Below the pieces are notes generated by a model. That model did not search any database and was not told the DNA's origin. It worked only from the letters and a program-made list of their open reading frames with translations. From positions 64,001-128,000 of the forward strand of contig CAVQMO010000005.1 in the NCBI GenBank assembly GCA_963713605.1: a DNA stretch of 64,000 bases. The letters run 5' to 3'. A program made the translations under genes and the position numbers. This stretch comes from an uncultured Nitrososphaerales archaeon. Its GTDB lineage: Archaea; Thermoproteota; Nitrososphaeria; Nitrososphaerales; Nitrososphaeraceae. How positions within the stretch are numbered: the stretch's first letter is position 1; every line of letters starts with the position of its first letter. This document shows, one piece after another, positions 8,578-19,770 of the stretch.

Positions 8578-10311
8578 TTATACCTGAATATTGATCATGT
8601 GATATCCTGTTGAACCCTCTGGAAAAGGCTCTTTGACCTCAGACGTCTGAACCTTTCCGGCTTTATCAGTAGTTCTTACAATTAATTTGTATTCCTTTGA
8701 CTGAACTTCAGGTAGATTCAATTCTGTTGCCCACATAACCCACGAATATAGCGACAATGGTTCCTTGATAGACGCTTCTTTCCAAGTAGCTCCATTGTCA
8801 ATGCTTACTTGAACTTTCGATATTCCTCTCGTTCCTGCGAAGGCTATGCCTCCTACAGTGATAGCTCTCCCAGGAGGAGAAGAGGAAGAAGAATTAGAGC
8901 TATTACTTGAACCGGCAAGACTGGAACCAGCAGGCAAGAAACCTCTGAACCTGGTCTTTATCGGTGCGTCACCAGGTATCACTATTGATGATAAAGTGTT
9001 GATTCTTGCAGTATTACTCCAACCTTTGCGCTGCCAGAATCCTTCATAGACATAATCAACAATCTCAATCTCAGTTATCCATTTGGCATTCATCATTCCA
9101 TAAATGTTAGGAACGATAGCTCTAACGGGAAACCCGTGTGCAGGAGTGAGCGTCGCTCTATTCATCTCGTATGCCAAAATTGTACCGTCTTCGAGACCTT
9201 TCTCTATGGGAATCCCTACATCATATCCGTCAAAGCACCTAAAAACAATATATTCAGCTCCTTGATTTATTTGAGCCTGCTCGAGAAGATTTTTTAGCGG
9301 TACCCCTTTCCATATCGCGTTGCTAATCAGATCTCCACCTACCTTATTGCTTACGCACCCTAGGGTGGAGAATTGTTCCACTGAAGGCATTGCTCTCAAT
9401 CCTTCATAGGTTAGTTCGATTGGATTATTGACTAATCCTTTTACATTCAGCCTCCATGTCTGCGCATTGACTGTTGGAACTACGGGACTGATGTCAATCC
9501 GGTAGAACAGTTCAGTCGGAGTCACTTCATATTTAAGAAGAGGTGAGAGCACAGGATTTTCAAAGCCTGCTGGAGCAGAACTAGACTGGGATGCCGGCAA
9601 AACTGGCACAACAGGTTGTGCTGCTTGTTGTTGGGTTGAAAATAGTAGGCGATTGGTTCCAAAATAGAGAATCGGTAAGGCAACTACCGATACAGCTGCA
9701 GAGCGGAGGAACATCCTTCGATTTATCTTTACATCTTCTTTCAGTAACTTTGGTTTAACACCCCCGCTCATGTCCGTACCAACTTGTTTTTTGTGGGCAA
9801 GATTTGATACTGTAGGCCAATGTAGTGAGATCTTTTGATAAAGTCCTGGCAAGACAAACCCAAATGCGATATTAGGTGGAATAAGGTAAAGGATTAAGTC
9901 ATTTAAGGAGACAGGTCCTGCAGACGCCTCGGTTAAGGCTAGGAGAACTGAAGTTATAATCAACAATAGCACATAAGCTATAACAAATGACTGTAGTGCT
10001 TTTCCCAAATAATTTTTCCAGGGGAGTCTATCGTATAGTCTCCCTACTAGTATGCCGATTAGTCCGTATACAATCATGTTAGCAAAGGTAGCACCAATGA
10101 AGGAAGAATATTTGGCCAGAGGACCAAGGGTCTGAACAGCTTGCGACTCGACTTCTCCAGGTGTGAGAGAGAATAGGGTCAATGAAGCAATCTCTGGAAC
10201 GAACAACCCTCCCGCAAATAATCGAAGAAGTAGCGATATAGCAACAGCAATCGTCCCAGCCACAAAACCTCCTACAAAAAATGATTTGGAAGAAATTCGG
10301 ACAGTTGTCAA
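8578..10311 (-). CDS. Sulfite-oxidase-family molybdopterin oxidoreductase with N-terminal membrane domain
   Basis: TPTELFYRID, TLGCVSN (Mo-ligating Cys), NAIWKGVPL, AYEMN...HGFPVRAIVP..YGMMNAKW, C-terminal Ig-like dimerisation domain (VQVSIDNGATW). Start TTG 10311 inferred. Confidence 0.9.
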   Translation of the reverse strand: MTTVRISSKSFFVGGFVAGTIAVAISLLLRLFAGGLFVPEIASLTLFSLTPGEVESQAVQTLGPLAKYSSFIGATFANMIVYGLIGILVGRLYDRLPWKNYLGKALQSFVIAYVLLLIITSVLLALTEASAGPVSLNDLILYLIPPNIAFGFVLPGLYQKISLHWPTVSNLAHKKQVGTDMSGGVKPKLLKEDVKINRRMFLRSAAVSVVALPILYFGTNRLLFSTQQQAAQPVVPVLPASQSSSAPAGFENPVLSPLLKYEVTPTELFYRIDISPVVPTVNAQTWRLNVKGLVNNPIELTYEGLRAMPSVEQFSTLGCVSNKVGGDLISNAIWKGVPLKNLLEQAQINQGAEYIVFRCFDGYDVGIPIEKGLEDGTILAYEMNRATLTPAHGFPVRAIVPNIYGMMNAKWITEIEIVDYVYEGFWQRKGWSNTARINTLSSIVIPGDAPIKTRFRGFLPAGSSLAGSSNSSNSSSSSPPGRAITVGGIAFAGTRGISKVQVSIDNGATWKEASIKEPLSLYSWVMWATELNLPEVQSKEYKLIVRTTDKAGKVQTSEVKEPFPEGSTGYHMINIQV

Positions 10312-10515
10312 TGCTGATCTGTCACAATTTTTCCTCGTTTTGTACGATTTAAGCCTTTTTCCAAATCCGTATAGGATTCGAACTAAAAATGAAGGATCGC
10401 ACCCAAATGCAATCTCAACACATATGCAGATACAACTGAGTTCTAATACCGTACATGCTTCCATTTCCATTGTTAATTCTTATATCTTTATTGAACGTAT
10501 TAAGATTGAATGTAA

Positions 10516-11061
10516 ATGTCCATCTTTGCCGCTTTAGTCGGAATCATGGCTTGGTGTCTCTCCACCTACAGTCTTGAATTGATGATATTCATTCATCCTG
10601 CGACCTACGTCGACGCTTCGGTTGATGAACAAAAATACTGGGCAGGGCTTGAAGGTGAATTCGAGAAACCGAAGGTGGAAACATCTGCATCAGGTATGGC
10701 AGTTTTTAAGAGCACACAAGACAGTATGTGGTATTTGGTTAATGTTACCGGTATTGACAAAGTTACTTCTACTCACATTCACAGCGGAGAAATAGGAGAG
10801 AATGGGCCAATAATAGCCTTGCTGTTTGATACTACGAATGATACTGTGACAGGGGATATAAATGGCACACTCACTCAAGGCAACGTAACAGGAGACATGC
10901 TGATAAGCTCGTCTGGTGCTACACAACTACCTGAGCTTGCATTAGCAATGAAGAACGGTACAGTATACGTTGATTTACATACAGTCGAATACCCAGACGG
11001 AGAAATCCGAGGGCAGATAATGTCTGCCAATTCAACTCATGCAGAGCTAATGATGAGCTGA
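10516..11061 (+). CDS. Secreted CHRD-domain protein
   Basis: THIHSGEIGENGPI...VYVDLHTVEYPDGEIRGQI. Confidence 0.9.
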   Translation: MSIFAALVGIMAWCLSTYSLELMIFIHPATYVDASVDEQKYWAGLEGEFEKPKVETSASGMAVFKSTQDSMWYLVNVTGIDKVTSTHIHSGEIGENGPIIALLFDTTNDTVTGDINGTLTQGNVTGDMLISSSGATQLPELALAMKNGTVYVDLHTVEYPDGEIRGQIMSANSTHAELMMS

Positions 11062-11432
11062 CCAGTATTAGCAAGTTCTGTCCAAAGATACCATGCAGCT
11101 CCTGGAAAAAATAGATAAACTACCATCTGAACCTGGAAGGTTAAACACTATCTGAATATGGGCAGGTTAAACTAAACTTGCTTGAGGCCAACGATCAATG
11201 TTATATATAGCGATCTGGGTACCCTACCTTTTTTACGGCACAATCATTAAAGATGATTATTGCTTCAGAAGAGCCGTACTAGGTACTCATGAAAAAGTCT
11301 ACGGGAATAACCTACCGAATCACTTGTCACAGTGATGATACTGTAAAAAAACTATGAGGTGATACCTCAGTGAGGATCATTCAGGAGTTTCACCCATTGG
11401 ATTTCAGTAATGTCCATTTTCCAATATCAAAA

Positions 11433-12112
11433 TTATTCGGCCACAAGCACAGTTTCATATACTAAGGTAAGAGGTTTTGATGATGAGATGATCGATTCTT
11501 ACTGTCATAGGATAGCTCAAATAGGAGGAGATAGTCACCAGCAGCTGGCACATTGACCTTTAACGAATTCTTATCCACCGTTGGATCTTCTAATGTCTCG
11601 TCGTAAAGAATTGGAACTTCCGCTATCTTGGGTCCTATAGTTGTTATTTCTGCAAGTGTCCCGTTCTTGTCAACGGAAGCTTGAATAATTTCTGCCTTCA
11701 TATGGTCAGGAAAACTACCACTGCTTACCTCTATTCCAAGTGACTCGTTCTGTTGAATATCTAACATGTTAAGTGCGACAGTTCTACCGGTTCCCCTTGA
11801 AAAATTCCCAAGGAAGTAGTTTTCAGAGAGCACACCGAGTAACTCTGTTCCTTTGTCTGTTATCCAAGACAAATTACCCTCTGTTGCACTTACTACTGTC
11901 TCATTCTTCAATAGGTCAACACTGGGTATTGTTAGCCCGGTCAAATTATTATAAGGGATACTGGCATAACTTGTTGAATCGAGTACACAGTTGCATTCAC
12001 CGGAAGATACAGTTTGTGCATCACCAGATTGAATATGATACGAAGACGATGCAAAGAGCGCTATAGTCAGTGATGTCAACACAGACATCAGCATACCAAC
12101 TATCAAATTCAT
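11433..12112 (-). CDS. Secreted hypothetical protein (frameshift near C-terminus)
   Basis: Signal peptide; beta-rich; an alternative frame ends ...KPLTLVYETVLVAE* at 11433. Confidence 0.65.
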
Positions 12113-12354
12113 ATCCTATTCAGAAATTCCTGTCATATATATAAATAAGAAATTCACTCCAGAGCAAAATTGAGCACTGGTGTTAATCTCAAATCGCATG
12201 ATTTTGAAATGAAGCAGGTAGAATTGAGAAATTGCAAAGGTACTTGCACGCTTATCCTAATTTTTTCTACAAGCATTCGCGTGCAAGATTGATTCTCAAC
12301 CACTCAAGCGGCGAGCATGGATGTGCCACCCATGCAAATTGCTTTATGCTTAAT

Positions 12355-13676
12355 TCAAATGGGATGGATTTTGTAAATTGCTCCTTGCCCGAAGGAAAGG
12401 ACATATAGATTACCATCTGGACCTACTGCAAGATCAGATATTGCGCCAAACTCTGAGCCAAATATTAATTGATTCACTTCGGCATCTGTCTCAGCTACTT
12501 TGTCCGCAATGGGTCCTTCCAGAACAAGATCTGTCCTATTTTCATTCAAATTGAAATCGTAAATCCTTCCAAAATGAACATCTGCTACAAGCATATCATT
12601 TTCATATGTCACACCAAGTTTGTCTGAATCAAAAAACAAGACTTTTGTAGGTCCTACTGTGTCAACCCATGTGAATTCTGGATCCCGGTAAACTCCCTTT
12701 CCCCCAAAGTTGACTAGCTGCTGGTAGTCAAAATCAGCCGGCGCCTTACCTTGAATCTGCAAGCCAGCCACTATTAAAGCCTGGCTCAACAAGATTGATT
12801 TCATCATTTGACCCAGGCCCATTTTCAGTATCCCAAAGGTTGCCTGTTAAAGGATCAAAGTCAATACCGAAACTATTTCTGATGCCATACGCGAAATATT
12901 TGTTGCTAGGAACCTGTTCTCCAATGATACTCTTTACTGGTTTTCCATCTTGAGTTATCCTAAGAATGCCTCCTGTTCCATCTGGCTTGCCGCCATCATG
13001 AACATTTTGCGCTTCAGTGGTGTGACCGTCAACGTCTCCAATTGCAACATACAGGTTGTTATCTGGGCCAATAGCGATGGACCTCCGTTATGTCGAGGTC
13101 CAGGTATGGCTGGAAGATCCAGGAGAAGTTTTGGGTTCACTAGTTTATTGTCAGCCAGTTCGAATCTATAGACTCTGATTACCATGGGGTATATTGTCTT
13201 GTGGTGACACCGCCTCAGTGTAATACAAGAAATACATATGGTCCGCTTGGGGTAGTAAGATTATTGTAACCAACATTGGTCTGATTTGTAGCATTTGAAA
13301 CTGCAATACCTAGCATCCCTCTCTCTACTTCGGATGCAACATTGACTCGTAGCAGAGGGTCAGCTAACATTGCGCCATTTACAATCCTATTTACGGTTCC
13401 TTTCGATTTCTCCAGCACTAAAAAATCATCTGGTCCCAATAATGCCATATTTGTTGGGAACTCTAATCCCTTGAAGACTAGGTCTGCTTTGAGGGTAGGA
13501 TTAGTAACGTTAGGAGCACCTGATCCGCCAGAAAAGTTTGAACCTGGGATTTCCGGATCTCCTGCTGTGGCAATCTGGGCATAGAGGGAATGTGTAACAG
13601 TTGGGATGGTTAAAATGAGAACACCAATCAAAATTAACGCGGATGACCTGAGACTCGATTGACCTATCACAGCCAA
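12355..13676 (-). CDS. PQQ-dependent glucose/sorbosone dehydrogenase family (several frameshifts)
   Basis: GLEFPTNMA, ERGMLGIA, PRHNGG, YGIRNSFGIDFDP, FGAISDLAVGPDGNLYVLS spread over 3-4 frames; start TTG 13676 inferred. Confidence 0.85.
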
Positions 13677-14237
13677 TCGATTTGAATTAATTCTAATAAA
13701 TACGTTTAAGGCTACAAAAATGTTCATAATAAAATATTTGGCACAAAAATTGAACTTCAACTTTCTGTCACTAATCGTCCCTGGATTTAGCGAATACATG
13801 GTCCAAACTGGAACTTTCCAGCTTAATATCGTCATATAAGGCCCATCAAAAGACACGACGATATCCGTAATTCTAGGATACGTGAACTCCCTGAGACTCC
13901 CCTGCATGGATCGGCATAAATGCCCTAGATTCATGCCGATGTCTGTAATTCTGGACAAGCGCTATGTTGCAGAGCTAATGGATAAGACTAACTTTACAGA
14001 ATTCATATGGCTAAGTGACAACGATAAGAACGGCGTTCGCGAAGCGAGCGCTAAAATACAATACTTATCAACTAGTGCGAGATTAGATGGGTTTATTCCA
14101 GATCCCCTCTTTAAAACTCCTGCAACACGATGGATAGATGTGTATTATCTTCACCTCGTGTCTGATGCTGATTGTGGTTCTACCTGTGGAGGTACGCATA
14201 TATTCTTAATAAGATTGTAGCGACTATTCATCTTACG

Positions 14238-14863
14238 ATGAACCACACTTTTTAACAATAGTGATGGGAGCCGCGCTCCTGTTCACTACAGGGATTGTCC
14301 CGATAATATTTGAGGGCAATCAAGCCGCAACGGCATATCCGATGGAAAAACGAGGTGAGTACGGCCACGGTATGATGAAACCAGGTCACTACGCTGCTGG
14401 TACGATAGCAAGTATTCAAAATGATGAAAGCGGGAATCCTGCTTGGGTAGTGTCTGGGCATTGGAAGGCGAGCATATTAGAAGGCAAAGCCGGAGAATAT
14501 GGAAATCAAACGTCCGCACCATCAAACTCAACTTCGGCTATGGGACAAGATATGTCTAACAAAGTTGCCAAATTTGCATCATCGTTTGACATGGTAAGGA
14601 CTAATGGCTCTGCATTACATGAACATCAAATATACAATTTCACTTTAACTGAAATGTCCATGCCAAATAATACTACAATGATATACAATGGAACTGGTAC
14701 GGTAACCATGAGAGATGGCCCTGTCCCTGATGTACCTATGAGTGCAACAGTAATGGATGGTAATGTCATAAGTTTATGGATAGACCCATCTTTGATAGAC
14801 AACCATTTTGGAGATACCCCAATATATGGAACAGTCACAAAAGCAGTTTCAATAATGAAATAG
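14238..14863 (+). CDS. Secreted conserved hypothetical protein (Met/His-containing)
   Basis: AAGTIASIQND...WVVSGHW...FDMVRTNGSALHEH...DNHFGDTPIYGTV; ATG 14238 joins the frame if one T is added to the T-run. Confidence 0.75.
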
Positions 14864-15351
14864 AATCCTTAGCAAAGCCTCTGTAATTGCAGGGAATGAA
14901 AATCCTTTTTTTCTGGCTTTTCCTAATTTTTCATCCACAAAGTACTAAAATAAGCCTGCAGAATTTATTTATGTTAGGACTGGCCTGAAGGGTGACTTAT
15001 CTCAGTGTTGAAAAAGCAGGATAAAAGGTTTAATAAGACTTACCATGGAGAAAACATTTTAATTTTTATATTTCATCCTACTCCAGTACTTTAAATAAAG
15101 TGCAATACAGAACGGCATGGAGTAAAGAAATTAGAAATGTTTACGAAGGGTTAGAACTCGAGCATCAACAGAAGGTTAACGTGTGAAAACTCGTCATAAT
15201 TTCACATTGTCTCAGAAGTTAAGAGATTTCAATTTTGCTTAACAGGCTAAATAGAGTCCCGAAAAAAAGGTGACCAATATGTGAATTATCGCTTCAAAAT
15301 AAAAAAAAGATAAGGATTTGCATGTTCTCGTTCGGGTATCTGTATCGCTAC

Positions 15352-15591
15352 CTAATCGAAGAATTGTTCAGCTGCTGCAGATACTGCGTTTTCATCGCCT
15401 TGGATTTGTGAACCAACGTTCTGGCATCCTATATTCAATGGTAGTTCACCATTGCCACAGGCATTTGCTTGTGATGTTGCTTGATTCTTCTCATATCCAC
15501 CGGCGAACACTGCATTTGTCCCTACAAAAGATGCAACCAGCATTGCTGCTACGGCTGCTATTGCTACAACTGCGAGGCTCCTATTATCCAT
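15352..15591 (-). CDS. Small secreted protein, CGN-x-CQN family (copy 1)
   Basis: Signal peptide; SQANACGNGELPLNIGCQNVGSQIQGDENAV; paralog at 22243-22527. Confidence 0.8.
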   Translation of the reverse strand: MDNRSLAVVAIAAVAAMLVASFVGTNAVFAGGYEKNQATSQANACGNGELPLNIGCQNVGSQIQGDENAVSAAAEQFFD

Positions 15592-15620
15592 TATTATCGA
15601 ATTATCTGTCCTAGAAGCGC

Positions 15621-15662
15621 TTATTTGGATTAGGTTGAATTAGATTCTTAGAAAAATCTGAG
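15621..15662 (-). promoter_or_regulatory. Promoter (TATA-like element 30 bp upstream of ATG) plus imperfect palindrome TTAGA-N4-TCTGA
   Basis: TTATTTGGATT at 15621 and AATCTGA at 15655; identical spacing upstream of the paralog (22557, 22591). Confidence 0.65.
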
Positions 15663-15881
15663 ATATTTTAGGTCAGATGATTAGCTTCAAGTTTGTCAGA
15701 AGAGAACCATTTACATCGGGAGGTCAGAGTTTCCATCGTATTGACTCAAGGGAAAAACGTTGGGTTGGTTGCCTATAAAGGTGTTTCATATTATTCCTAA
15801 CCCGAGAAAGGGAAATTGAATCTTCTATAGAAAGCCATTAGATAATACTTATATACGTTTGAGTTTTTTATAGTGTCGAAC

Positions 15882-16082
15882 ATGTCATCAAGAACAAACC
15901 TAGTTATCTTGGTCGTATTCACAGCATTCGCAATCATTGGTGCTACGATGGCGTTGTCGACGACAGGATTCTTTGATACAACAGGAATCTCAAGCGCATA
16001 CGCACAGAATGATACGATGATGAGTGGAGATAACATGACCGGCGGAAACATGACCTCCGGCATGAGTAATATGACTGGTTAA
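15882..16082 (+). CDS. Small secreted Met-rich, sequon-rich peptide
   Basis: Signal peptide to SAYA-Q; mature part QNDTMMSGDNMTGGNMTSGMSNMTG; followed by a T-tract. Confidence 0.7.
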   Translation: MSSRTNLVILVVFTAFAIIGATMALSTTGFFDTTGISSAYAQNDTMMSGDNMTGGNMTSGMSNMTG

Positions 16083-16355
16083 GTGTCTGAAGGCACTCTT
16101 TCTTTTTTTTTGGAAAAGACAGATATGCTACACGAAAAAGAAATCTGTTCTGTTAAACTTCCTTTCCTATTTATGTTCTGTTGAACTTCCTATTTATTCA
16201 AATAGCATTACAAGTAGAATTCGTTTACAAAAAAGCCGAACAAGCTTGCAAAAGTAGCGCCAGGTTACCTAGCTAATGATTCGGCCATACTACTAGTAAT
16301 AATGATGGCGGATCAAATATGAGTTATTGGTAGGAAAGGAGGTGAATAAAATCAG

Positions 16356-16873
16356 GTGACATTAGTAACAGCTAGTCATAATCATTTTACTGGGTATTAC
16401 ACTATTACTAATAGACTCCCGAACATTATCCTAATTGTAGCATTAGGCTGTTTGATTGGGATCGTCGTCTTGGGGCTGTCGTATATGACCGAAGGACACA
16501 TTTCCCTCCACTTGTCAGCCCTCTGGACTAATTCAGAAGAACATATTGGATTATCAACGTCGTAAGTACTCATGCAAGCTGAATTAGCGAGGACGGATAT
16601 AATTCAGCTAAGCGAATCGATTCCTGATATTAGTGGTCAGCCAATTGAAGATGATTTCTATAGTCATTTACAAGTACAGCGGATACAATAGATAAGCAAG
16701 GCGGCTATACCGTAGTTACAAGTTCAGATGAGAAGGGTATTTATTCATTTGGTGCACTTCCATCGGACATTTACAATATAAAAGTTACATACCCGAATGC
16801 GATTGTCTCAACGATCGAAAATTATGCGGTATGGCCGCCCAACTCTAGTTATTCATTAAATTTCGTAGAATAG
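16356..16873 (+). pseudogene. Disrupted membrane-anchored protein with carboxypeptidase-regulatory-like (beta-sandwich) domain
   Basis: TM segment in the 69-aa ORF; downstream frame GGYTVVTSSDEKGIYSFGALPSDIYNIKVTYPN...SLNFVE*; several breaks in between. Confidence 0.55.
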
Positions 16874-17189
16874 TTATCCCGATAGTCACCTATAGGAAAT
16901 GAAGCACACAGCCAGGCTTACCTCCATATTTTTTCTACCGATTCGATGGTCTTCTTTCTGGCGATCCAAACAAATTATGAGTAATGCATACTGATCAAGG
17001 GATATCGATATCAAAAAGAACCCGTTTCTATATGATTCTTTTAATCCTGATAGATAAGATATATCATCATATCTCCTTATAATGACCTATCGTTATATGT
17101 TATTACCTGGACGAATTATGTTTCTAATATACTTATGTTAGTACAAATGGAATTCAGTACAAATCATTGCAGTAATAGGCTCAACTTAT

Positions 17190-18149
17190 TCAAGGTTCTG
17201 AAATAAAGGATAGTACTACGTTAGTCCATGCATTACCAATGTTATCTAAGTTGTAACCTCCGCCACCTAGTGCCATTATTCTACCATCACAATATTTATG
17301 CGCTAATTTGTGTAGAGATTTTGAAGCGTATCTATGAGATTCAGGAGAATATCGTAGGTGTGTTAGGGGATCCGACTCGATGCAGTCGGCACCACATTGC
17401 AAAATGATCAAATCTGGCTTTGCAACTTCGTCTATAAATCTCTCAACCTCACTGAACGATGCTACAAATTCTTTATCTGTTGAACCAGGAGCAACTGGAA
17501 TGTTAAGTTTTGTTCCTTCCGCCTCTCCCTTTCCTCTTTCCTCTCTTGATCCTGATCCTGGAAACAAATATTTGCCATCTTCATGTACATCCGCGATAAA
17601 AGTTAGTGGATCCTTTTCAAACCCATAATAGACTCCATCGCCATGATGTGCGTCAATGTCTACATATGCAATCCTATCAATACCATATTTATGTCTGGCT
17701 CGCTGTATCACAATCCCAATATCATTAAAGACGCAAAACCCAGACGCATTGCCACGATAGGCATGATGTAATCCGCCAATGGGATTGAATGCATGTCGGC
17801 ATCCGTTCGTTTCCTCGACTATTGCTTCTAAAGCCTTCAAACTCGATCCAACAACTGTAGCAGCCGACTCAAATATCCCCTTAAAAGCGGGAGTATCACC
17901 TGCATCTAAATATCCCGAACCAAGTTGCGAGAACCGTTTAACTAGATCAACATACGATTTGTCATGAAATGACAATATGGCTTCTTCATTTGCCGCAGTT
18001 GGTTCCACTACCTCGATTAAAGTTCTATCTGGAACAAGTTTCCTAAATTTATTCCAAAATGCCTCCATTCTATTATTATTAAAAGGATGAGAGCTTCCGA
18101 AGCCATATTTTGCAAGCTCATCTCCTAACAATACAGAAGTCTTGCACAT
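17190..18149 (-). CDS. acuC: Histone-deacetylase-family protein (AcuC-like)
   Basis: HPF, DTP, GGLHHA, GFCVFND, DIDAHHGDG, GAD...DPL, GGGGY. Confidence 0.92.
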   Translation of the reverse strand: MCKTSVLLGDELAKYGFGSSHPFNNNRMEAFWNKFRKLVPDRTLIEVVEPTAANEEAILSFHDKSYVDLVKRFSQLGSGYLDAGDTPAFKGIFESAATVVGSSLKALEAIVEETNGCRHAFNPIGGLHHAYRGNASGFCVFNDIGIVIQRARHKYGIDRIAYVDIDAHHGDGVYYGFEKDPLTFIADVHEDGKYLFPGSGSREERGKGEAEGTKLNIPVAPGSTDKEFVASFSEVERFIDEVAKPDLIILQCGADCIESDPLTHLRYSPESHRYASKSLHKLAHKYCDGRIMALGGGGYNLDNIGNAWTNVVLSFISEP

Positions 18150-18233
18150 GAAACCATTGTGATACAGATGTGTTTAAGCTTTTGTCTGTCAAAAATTAAA
18201 GATGAATTTGATGGTTAGCGCTCTGGTGAACTC

Positions 18234-18425
18234 TTAGCTATACCTGTTTTTACTGTTTTTTAAAAGTATGATAATCAATATTGGGAAGGCGACGCCTATT
18301 AGAAGCATTACTTCCCGGGTTAGAAGTAGAAAAAATCCTATCATTATCAGCCATACTACACATATAGTCAGTATGTAATCAACGGTCTCACTTCTTAGAA
18401 TTATTTCCACAATTATCACACACAT
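18234..18425 (-). CDS. Small two-TM membrane protein
   Basis: 63 aa with two hydrophobic stretches and a basic tail. Confidence 0.4.
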   Translation of the reverse strand: MCVIIVEIILRSETVDYILTICVVWLIMIGFFLLLTREVMLLIGVAFPILIIILLKNSKNRYS

Positions 18426-19257
18426 AGCTCCTTAAGCAGGGTAAGAGATGTAAACTCACAATACCTTTTTATATGCTATGTTTGATTTCGTCCTAGCTGT
18501 TCCTGTATGAGGTACGGGGTTGTAGTGCTCAGCACTCACTCCAGACTACTCAGTACGTTGTTTGTCAATTTGAAAACCATTTCAACAACGTGCTAACGTC
18601 ACATAGCGATTAGGACTCTGAGAATTACGACTTCGGAATGACCAAGGATTTGAGGCTATCTGCTAGGCAATGCCTTTCTGATGCTGAGGTAGATGGTTAC
18701 GCTCCAGAACAACAAATAAGAGATTGTTTTGCCCCAATCTATAATACGGGCACAACTACAACTGGTTCATCTCCAAGTGATACCTCCTCAGGCGGTTAAG
18801 ATTTCTCCAACCCATCTACAAGTGGCGACTAAAATGCTGATACTAGTGATGATGGCAACGAAAACTAAAATAAAGCCGTGATTAGGAATAGCGAGAATTT
18901 AGGTAGTAAAACGGAATCCCACACATATTCATTGGAAGATAAGGCTACGCTTTTTTTTCCTTCCCCAGGCTGAAGCACTATTTTTACGCTCTGATGTGTA
19001 ATAGTAGTGACAGAGATGTTCTATTCAAATGTCAATGCTTGTACTCGAATGTCGCTACGGATCAACGGCCACATCCCGATGTTATTTATATCAAAGGTTT
19101 ATAGTCTGGCCATGTTATCTCATCTTAGAGAGCAAGAACTCTCATGGATAAATTCTGTCCTGGCATGAAGATCTATAGATTTGAGGTGTTATGAGCAAAT
19201 TTTTACCGATAGATATATCTTTATCGTTTCTGTTCCAATAATAGATCCGCATATTCG

Positions 19258-19518
19258 ATGAAATATAGAAGTAAAATAGATCTCATAGCTCAAATGCTAC
19301 AGGTTGCCAGCGAGGGGCCAGTTTTGAAGACCAAGATGATGTATGGTGCATTATTATCCCAGTCCCAGCTTAAGGGGCTTCTCTCGCTTACTCTAAATGC
19401 TCCTCTGTTAGCACATAACAAGGAGCAACAAACATATCAAACTACGCAAAAGGGGCTACGCTTCTTGGAAAGATACCATGAACTCTCAAATCTATTAGGG
19501 AATCTTCCTAGTCAGTAG
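19258..19518 (+). CDS. Winged-helix (HTH_45-like) transcriptional regulator
   Basis: MKYRSKIDLIAQML...KTKMMYGALLS..QLK...YQTTQKGLRFL. Confidence 0.85.
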   Translation: MKYRSKIDLIAQMLQVASEGPVLKTKMMYGALLSQSQLKGLLSLTLNAPLLAHNKEQQTYQTTQKGLRFLERYHELSNLLGNLPSQ

Positions 19519-19770
19519 AAATGCAGGCCATAGATGTATGATAACGCCTCCCAATACAGTCCTGCCAGACCGAGGAATTTAATTTATGAATCAAATTCTT
19601 CGCCTAACAACCCTACCAAATCAACTTACGAATCACAAGGATCCAATATCAACTAGTTGCATGTGAACTAGCATTAGATTATTGTTAAGAGACTAGAAAG
19701 AGGATAGGACGCCCAAAGAAAAGATATTAAATATAAGTAACATCTGTCTGATAGTGGTGTAGATATTGTT

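Noticed and set aside
13677..14220. N-terminal extension of the GSDH ORF (to 13958) and plus-strand ORF 13882-14220
   Set aside because: No recognisable motifs, and the signal peptide starts near 13676; more likely non-coding.
18637..18798. Short frame MTKDLRLSARQCLSD...IRDCFAPIYNTG...
   Set aside because: Looks like a decayed secreted-protein fragment but has no intact start or identifiable family.
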